Below are positions 9,510 through 16,633 of a stretch of 16,633 bases of DNA, piece by piece. The notes under the pieces are model-generated. The model searched no databases and had not been told where the DNA came from. It saw only the letters and a program-made list of their open reading frames with translations. Made by a program: the position numbers and the translations under genes. How positions within the stretch are numbered: position 1 is the first letter of the stretch; each line of letters opens with the position of its first letter. The DNA comes from Selaginella moellendorffii (lineage: Eukaryota > Plantae > Lycopodiophyta), in NCBI RefSeq assembly GCF_000143415.4, contig NW_003314302.1, positions 1 through 16,633 on the forward strand, written 5' to 3'.

Positions 9510-10801
9510 ATTTTCAACTCTAAACAACAAATTATTAAATGTGAACTTAAAAATTCTAAATTAAAATTTATCAAAAAAACTTACTTTTCTGTCTACAAAT
9601 TCAAACATATTAGTGATACACATACACAAATGCATTTATCCTAGAATAGTGATTCACACATAAGTGAAACTAAAATAAATAATTTATTAAATAAAGAGAT
9701 AACTTGGAATGGTTGCCAAAAAAAAAAAAAAGGTGACTCCTAAAATAAAAAAACAAATGTATAATATTTAATCACAAAGAAATGTAATTGTCTAGAGAGG
9801 CTAGAAATAACACCTTAGAATTCCCATGCTGTTATGTTGAGGCAGTGTGTGATAGCCAAATCTGGCCACAAACAAATTTGGTTCTGCCATTTTTTGTAGA
9901 AACCATGCTTCATCGAAATCTATTGTTTGAACTAAAGGTTTCCTTTCTGTATTGACTGTCTTGAAAATCATGGGTATAAGGATATTAACGACTTTGTAAC
10001 TGTAAATTTGCTTGATTTCGAGCACCCTTATCTCTATCTTCCTTAAAAGCTATTCCAGCAGAGTTGCCCAAAAAATGGTCACCAAAGGAGAAACTGAAAA
10101 AAACAATTTGCCTCCTAGAAACCATATTTGCACTACTCACATGGTTGATAGTTGTCTGGGCAAATCCACATGCTACAGATTTATTTGTTGTGACAGGAAT
10201 TACTAACAGCTCAAATTGGGTGGTTTGCCATAGGAGCCAATGTCCAATCACTACAGTCTATTGCAAGGTAAAGGTTACTCACCATCAAATCAAGGTGTTG
10301 GACAGGTAACAATCAAATGCCACAGACAAAACTCCAGAAAAATGTGACACAGTTGGGAAGAAATGTCAAATAGATGTAGTAGTTGGTAAATCGTCCCCAA
10401 GAAAAAGCCAGAACATAAAATGAATTAGTTGCCAAAGCCAATAAGCATGGTTTGATGACTTTGGTGATTACATGATACTTGCAAATTTTTAGTTACGAAT
10501 TCCAAGTTTTTGAAACTTCCTTCAAAGCATCTTTCTCTTGGACTCCATGCTGATCTTGAAATTTCAGAACAGCTTTTTAAAAAAAAAAATATTCACATCG
10601 CTTGAATGAATTACAAATCTTATATGACTTTGCGTAATTTTGGAATCCACAGAGCAAGCAATCCTCGTATCTCGTGCAAACAGAGCTGCCAAAAGGACAT
10701 TTATGGGCCTTCTTTTCCATTTTAGGTCAAAAAGAGACAATACTAAATGGGAGAGGAGTATCAAAGCGAATATAATATTATGAGACGATAATGTAACTGC
10801 T

Positions 10802-12210
10802 TTAAAACATATAATCCAAAAAAGATACATCCAGGGATTTAGTCAAAGTTTCTGATTCCGACTTGCATGCAACCCACACAGTGCATAGTGGAACTTCCAA
10901 TGTAAATTTTTTAGTCATGACACCATATGTTCTTCCATCATAGCAATACTCCTGTACACTAATTTATCATCTATATAATACCAAGTAAAGATTCTTACCT
11001 CTTGAGAACCAAACCATATGCTAAATTTGTGCAAAAGAGTATCATTGACATTACTTTTTGACTTGTGTGATGCACAAAGGTATATGTTGTTGTACAGTGA
11101 GAGGTATTCTGAATCTATGCATATAAATGCTACATATGTAAACTCATCACTGGCAAAGGATGACAACTCCGGTATTGGTACACAACCATGCTAAAGGACA
11201 TAGACACAATGAATTAACAAAGAACAAACTGGTAAAGCCTTACATGATACAGACTATTTGCTGCCAAACCACCTTGAAATATAGCTTTAATGGGGTTTTG
11301 AATTAAACAAGATTTTCCAGTATGCAGATTAGATGAAAGCTTTGCAAGCCAGCAAATGAGTGACATCTCACCACGAACAGATATAGGTGTACACAGCATA
11401 ACTTCAGAATTGAGTCTGAAATCTTTTGAAGTTATGAAAATATCACCTGTTCAACCAATTACTAATGAGACTTCTTTAACGTTCAGTCTACATTACCTGA
11501 ATGAACATTTATAAAGTAAATTTTCGAAGCATCCAATGAGCAACCAAATGATACCAAGTTAGCAGGGAAACAAGGCACAGATAATCTCAAGTCTATGGTG
11601 AACGAGCAAATCTCTCGGAGTGAAAGTAATTTCGAGCATACAAATGTATTGCAGGTCCAATAAGTACCAATAAAACCTCTGTATTCTTGATGCTGTAAAC
11701 CACTGATGATACAATTTTCAGGCTGACCGTCCATAGAAAGCAGTAGACATCTTAAAGAATTTGGAAAGTTGACATTCAAAATTGCCTCCGCTTCATTTAT
11801 GACGTTATTTGGTAAACCTTTGGTTGACATGTACTCAAAACCTTTAAATCTGAGGAAGCTTTGTATTTTAAGGCACAGCTTTCTGGTTACAGAGGTAATA
11901 TTATAATTGTAGCGTTTGAACACATTGAACCAACTCTTGTAAGTTTCCTGTAGCAAAATTTGACATTTTTTTAAAGCAAATCAGTGAAAATACAAACCTT
12001 GTACGTTCTGCAGCGTCTACCTTCGTAATCTGTACACATGTAGACAGAAAAATCCTGTTCACAATGCAATTGCCAAATTCTATCACTTTGAAATTCCATG
12101 TAAAATTCTTTAGCTATACATGAAAACACTGCGCTACAATAGCCATTGCTTTCTGCAATTCTGAAAACTACATCTCTGGGTAGATTGGGGGGAACAAAGC
12201 TCTTTTCCAT
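10802..12210 (-). CDS. SKIP16: Divergent SKIP16-like F-box protein (F-box + SMI1/KNR4-like + degenerate ApaG/DUF525), 5 exons, 402 aa
   Basis: Exons 12210-11998, 11947-11497, 11446-11244, 11190-10999, 10951-10802 total 1209 nt with no stops. GT-AG introns of 50, 50, 53 and 47 bp. F-box LPRDVVFRI..SCIAKEF..SDRIWQLHCEQDF; SMI1-like INEAEAILNVNFPNSLRCLLLSMDGQ..GFIGTY..LLSLREI; VPIPELS; C-terminus LDYMF* (recalled SKIP16 end: PDYIF*). A homologue, probably not the orthologue. Confidence 0.85.
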
Positions 12211-12243
12211 GTGAAACTGGTAGTTAGGTTTAGGTCAAATAGA

Positions 12244-12641
12244 ATGAATTTTTCATTCATTCTTCGTCCTTTCCACTTCTGCAAAGGCGTTTGGTTGACG
12301 GTATGTATGCGTGTTGTATTTTATATTTTGTAGAAAAAATATTTGAAAACCACTAGCAGTTTCCAAACGAATTGACAAGAAAAACTATGGAAGACTGTTT
12401 CCACTGCAACAATCAAAACATTATCTGTGTGTTCGATGAAACATCTGAATTCATGTTCAAACTGTGCTCTGGTACAAACAACGACAACATATTTGAGACC
12501 GATACAAACTGGCAGATATTCTTAAAGAATCATGGAAGTGAAATCGGAGACATATGCACTATAAACATAGATAAAGATGGAGATCTCACTGCTTCAGTGC
12601 AAAAAATTGATAAAGACCCTGGAAGCAGAACACCACTGTAG
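12244..12641 (+). CDS. Single B3 DNA-binding-domain protein (REM/VRN1-like), 2 exons, ~112-113 aa
   Basis: Exon 12244-12300 (MNFSFILRPFHFCKGVWLT), intron GTATGT..TAGCAG (12301-12356/12359), exon 12357/12360-12641 (FPNELTRKTMEDCF..IICVFDETSEF..NWQIFLKNHGSEIGDICTINIDKDGDLTASVQK). Fits the B3 pattern F..L.P.H....L..P..and W..F...H....GD.C. Confidence 0.7.
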
Positions 12642-12828
12642 ATTCATAGGAAAAAAGAAAGAAGTGTTGCTTCATGCTTATGTTTTTTATAAGATAAAAA
12701 AGGTAAATGAAGGAACAGCCCATGTGATATGTATATAACAGCTCTGAAAAAATGAGTGGAGCTATGAGCAACAAAATGTATAGTGCCGCTGTGAACCACA
12801 TTGTGCCAATCTGGACCCATTTTGAAAG

Positions 12829-13173
12829 CTAGCCAACGTTAATAGCATCCCGGTCCAGTGAGCAACATAGCCAAGTAGATACTTGCAAAAGATAAAAGAA
12901 TGAGGAGATGTACGTGACAAGACGGTGCTGGGACGGCTTCTTTACTTCGTTGAAGTCGTGCTCAGATCCAGTGCTGCTTAGTTTGTTGCTGTTTTTGAAA
13001 TCTCTCCTTGAGAGCAAAGGTTGCAAAGGAGCTTCTGGAAGAAGAATTGAGTAGAAAAATCACAACCTTGCTCTAATGTTACCTTCCTTGCGATGAGGAG
13101 CTGGCAGAGACAGGAAAGTGGTCAAAGACTCTGAAGAATATATCACGGAGATAAGTGTGGTGGCCATTCCCAT
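12829..13173 (-). CDS. Possible small spliced gene or gene fragment of unknown function (~98 aa)
   Basis: ATG 13173, exon to 13083, 48-bp GT-AG intron with a polypyrimidine tract (13082-13035), then in frame with ORF 13026-12829. No recognised domain. Confidence 0.3.
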
Positions 13174-14031
13174 GACTCCGATTCAATTGTAGTCTCACGG
13201 CTCGCTTGACAATGCGCTGTAGCATAATTACATGCAATAGAGCGCTATCACCGAAGCAGGGAGGGGTAATACCACCAAATAGTGGTGATGAGATGTTTTT
13301 TAAAACCTTAGTTTACGTTTAATTATTTTTTACCCTTAGTTTACGTCTAAATATGTTAATGTTAACATCATGTTCCTTATAGCAAGTATATGTGGAATTA
13401 ATCATCCTATAAACAAGCATATATTTATATTTAATAAATATATATACCTATTTATAGCATGAAAGATCATGAAGAACATTGAGGTTGGGAACACAAAAGG
13501 CCAAATAAAATTTGATTGAGCAAAAAGTGTTAGGTGTGACGAATATAGATTCAAATATTAAATAATTAACATAAAATATTTATTAATTAATATGTACAAA
13601 ACATGTACTACTATATTAATTAAGAACTGAGCTAGCAGAAACCTAAAAACTGCTATGCCACAACAGGCAAACATCTACATCTTTTTATTGTAACAAAGCT
13701 CACTACTCTCACCAGAGCTTGCAAGAAATCTACTACGAATACTAGCCTTTTAAGAACAATATGTCATTACAGAAACATTGGTATATAAGAATCTGCTATA
13801 TACCAGAACCACCATATTCCGATCAAAGAATGTAAAGCATCCAAACAAGACCATTCATCTGTAAAAAAAAATTGCAAAGCTTCAATCATGTTGATGATAA
13901 CTTTACGAATTTAGACAACGTCCAAAACTTAAACATACACTGTCCAAACTGTAACGTATGCAGCAGATGACGTGTCATAAGTAAAAAAAATGAAAAGACA
14001 TGTACTTACATATCTAGGTCATAGCGGCAAC

Positions 14032-14806
14032 ATGAGTGAAGCACAAGAGATACAAATGGGGGAAGATGAAAAATGGGAAGAAGCACTGAAAAATTTGAAT
14101 GACAAGGCAAAAGAACGAAAATGGAATCGTGACACAAAAATAAACCAAAGGTGTGATATTATACTTTGATGTATGATTCATATTGTTCTCTTTCCTGTAG
14201 GTTCTATCCTAATGATAAACAGGTTAGATACCTAAACGTCATGGGATGCGCACCAGAAGATTATATTTATGGTTTTGACAGAAGACAAGGCTGTTCTAGG
14301 CTCATAGATGAATATGAAAGAAAAATTCGACGTTTCCGCAAGTTCCATAGAAATGAAGATGTCGCTTCAGGTAATTATTGAACATTAACATTTATTGAAT
14401 TCCGAAACTGGCAACTAACTTCACAGGCCTGGCGGTTGTCATAGCTGAAAAATTAAGCAGCAAAAGAGTTAGAAAAAGAAATGAGCTTCCAAAGAAAAAT
14501 GAGATCCAGAGGATCTATACAACAAAAACCAACGGTATAATGCAGTACACCTTCACCACACTGCACTATGGTTTTGGAGTCCCCATTAAGACTTGTTGCC
14601 GCATGAATCGAAACATGTCGGAAAAGCTCCTAGAGAGACTAACGGATTTACATCAGAAAATAAATCCTAGAGAATGGCATCCAATTCGACTAGAAGGAAT
14701 AGCGATGCAAATTGATCCAAATCATGCTGAAGTAATTTTCGACTACAATCCGTTTAAAGATGCCATGGAACTCTTAGAAATAGCTTTAAAAGGAAAGCTG
14801 ATGTAA
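14032..14806 (+). CDS. Orphan 3-exon gene, 222 aa, basic NLS-like patch, no recognised domain
   Basis: Exons 14032-14150, 14201-14370, 14427-14806 (669 nt, open). GT-AG introns of 50 and 56 bp, the second with a CTAAC branch point. Joins ORF-track pieces 14166-14381 and 14540-14806 in phase. Confidence 0.75.
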
Positions 14807-14910
14807 AAGCATAATTCTGAAGTCAAAATCACTTTATTGAGACAATGGATAGAAACCATGATCTTTGTTCAAATAACTACAGACTCAAAAAATTCCATGT
14901 CCATGTCCAT

Positions 14911-15692
14911 GTGTATGTCGTAGAACTGGCCCTTAGACATAAACAGGTAACTAGAGAAGTTTGAGAACTTCTTGGCATTGTAGAAGTTGGTCCATTAGCA
15001 AGCCGACAACATTACGTAAGCAATAAGGATGTAACCCATGATGACGTTTGCGATGATGAAGAATAGAGGACAAGAGGATTTCCGTCCAGATCCCAGCCGA
15101 GGCCAAGCTTCTGGAAGCCCAACCTGAGACACTGTGCCAGGACCGAGTTGGAGAAGGCCCAGCAAACCCAGGGATGGAGGAGAGAATGCTGAGGAAGTAG
15201 CACGGGAGTGCGTAGTACGCAAAGACAAAGGAGAGGAAGAACTAGATCCTTGACAGGTCCTTAACACTTAGCTTGTCATGCAAAGTCCTGTCGAACACGC
15301 AAGATAGTATTCACGCGAGATAGTAGCTCCACCAGATTCTTTCGCAAAAGACCAGCCCATCCAAGTTGACTTCGATCAAAACACTTCAAAGGAAAGCAAG
15401 CAAGAAAAGCTTGTTTTCTTACCTGAGTGGTGATCACCAGCAAGAGCCCATGTAGAAATGGAACTTCATCCTGTAGAAAGTTATGGTAAGTCGATGATGA
15501 AGACCGCGTAAACACCACCATTCCCAGCTGCGTAGCCAACATTGGTGAAGATGGTGATGAAGACGCTCCTTCTTGATGAAGAGTCCTGGATTGAGTGAAA
15601 AACCCTGAGCCCGTGTAGTAGACCCTGGTGGGCAATAGTGCAGCCATGAAGCGGCCAATTGGCAACGCTGCAATCTGGGCCGATGTATACAA
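14911..15692 (-). pseudogene. OPT: Internal fragment of an oligopeptide transporter (OPT family, OPT4-like) with frameshifts and stops
   Basis: Ordered blocks across frames: SAQIAALPIGRFMAALLP, FSLNPGLFIKKE, VFITIFTNVGYAAGNGGVYAV, LLLVITTQ|intron|GWAGLLRKNLVE, RTLHDK..LSRI*FF..FAYYALP, WVCWAFSNSVLAQ, IANVIMGYILIAYVM..*WTNFYNAKKFSNFSSYLFMSKGQFYDI. Confidence 0.9.
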
Positions 15693-16007
15693 TGCTCACC
15701 CATAAAATACAAAATTCAGCCAAAGTATACATTTAGTTCGGGCCAAAGTATTGACCATATACCTCATTAAAGTGTATCTCAGCCGTAAAATACAATATCC
15801 TTCCTTTCATCCGAGTGATCCACCTAGACAACAACTGCCGAACTCATTTGTTGATCGTCTAATGAATTGCCATCTCTAGATACCTTTCACATTTGTCCAA
15901 ATATTTTTAATTTTAAAAGAGGGATTTATTTTTAGGTCAGGTAACCATAAAGAGATGGAAAGAGACACTCTTGGTTTGTACACACATTTCCAAAGTTATT
16001 TTTAAAG

Positions 16008-16590
16008 TGCTTGGACCTTCAAAGGCACCAAGAAGAGCAATCGAAAGAGGCTTAAAGACACATTGACCACAATTCCTCCGATAAATGATGTTGACGAAGG
16101 TATTTTCTTTATTAGTTTGTCTGAATTTCCAGGGATTGCATTGAAGAATGCACAGCTGAGGTTCAAAGAAGAAAACACAAAGCACCTATTAGAGTTGCTC
16201 TACCAAATGAACCATGTGAGATGGAAATTGAGAATATGCAAGGAAAAGGTAGAACAATATTACACTTGTTCTTCATTTTTCATTTTTTTGTTTTCCTAAA
16301 AGTTTTTAAATTCCTACAGACCAATCTGAATCAAAAAAGGCAGATACTACCATCATCAATGAAGGTTACAAAGCAAAAAAAATTGACTTTACTATTTTTT
16401 CTAAACACTTGCAATCTTTCTTTTTTCAATGTTACAGAACCATGTCAGGAAGACACCAGCATTGTTAATGAAGGTACAAATTGCAAAAAAAAAGTTATTT
16501 TAAAGTCCATCCAAACATTTTTCTTACTTTCTATGTTTTTTTAATGACAATTAGATTGTCTGAAATCAAGAGCATTAGCTACTGATGGAG
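16008..16590 (+). CDS. Partial multi-exon gene of unknown function with symmetric phase-1 micro-exons; continues past the window, 5' end unresolved
   Basis: Exons 16008-16099, 16156-16248, 16320-16364, 16438-16473, 16555-16590 splice in frame (AWTFKGTKKSNRKRLKD../AEVQRRKHK..NEPCEME../DQSESKKADTTIINE/EPCQEDTSIVNE/DCLKSRALATDG). Introns are GT-AG. Confidence 0.55.
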
Positions 16591-16633
16591 GTATGCTATG
16601 TTTTAGCTAAGAATAATTAAATGTAAAATATGT

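Larger units (their letters stand above)
5070..14806 (+). mobile_element. Helitron rolling-circle transposon; inferred minimal extent including the AT-rich accessory genes, true termini not located
   Basis: RepHel establishes that a Helitron is present. Inclusion of the downstream genes is inferred from adjacency, shared AT-richness and the lack of a hairpin+CTRR 3' end after 9509. Confidence 0.55.

Noticed and set aside
10564-10830. Hydrophobic 88-aa ORF as a transmembrane extension of the F-box protein
   Set aside because: It is out of frame by one base. The F-box frame ends at DYMF-TAA (10804-10802), matching the family C-terminus.
12058-12072. LHCEQ in the F-box protein as a Clink-like LxCxE retinoblastoma-binding motif
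   Set aside because: The fifth residue is Q, not E, and the segment corresponds to the normal post-F-box W..C..D helix.
1-16633. CRISPR arrays, tRNA/rRNA genes, LTRs or terminal inverted repeats
   Set aside because: None seen. The sequence is eukaryotic with spliceosomal introns, and the repeats present are a microsatellite and local duplications.

Overview
Eukaryotic (land-plant) DNA. The very short GT-AG introns (mostly 46-72 bp) and a decayed PPR gene suggest a compact lycophyte genome such as Selaginella; this is inference. The centre is an intact, intronless, AT-rich 1479-aa Helitron Rep/helicase ORF (5070-9509, +). Downstream, manual splicing recovers three genes that the ORF track splits: a 5-exon, 402-aa SKIP16-like F-box/SMI1-KNR4/ApaG gene (-, 12210-10802); a 2-exon ~112-aa single-B3-domain gene (+, 12244-12641) whose ATG is only 33 bp from the F-box ATG; and a 3-exon 222-aa orphan (+, 14032-14806). 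A micro-exon gene runs off the right end. Mixed among these are GC-richer, broken host-gene pieces: a Kelch fragment fused to a DNAJC16-like fragment, a PLS-PPR remnant and an OPT transporter remnant. There is also a (CT)45 tract and a 458-bp tandem duplication. No Helitron termini were found. Best hypothesis: a large Helitron carrying maintained accessory genes (E3-ligase adaptor, DNA-binding microprotein, orphan) plus decaying captured fragments. Family assignments come from recalled motifs; no searches were run.
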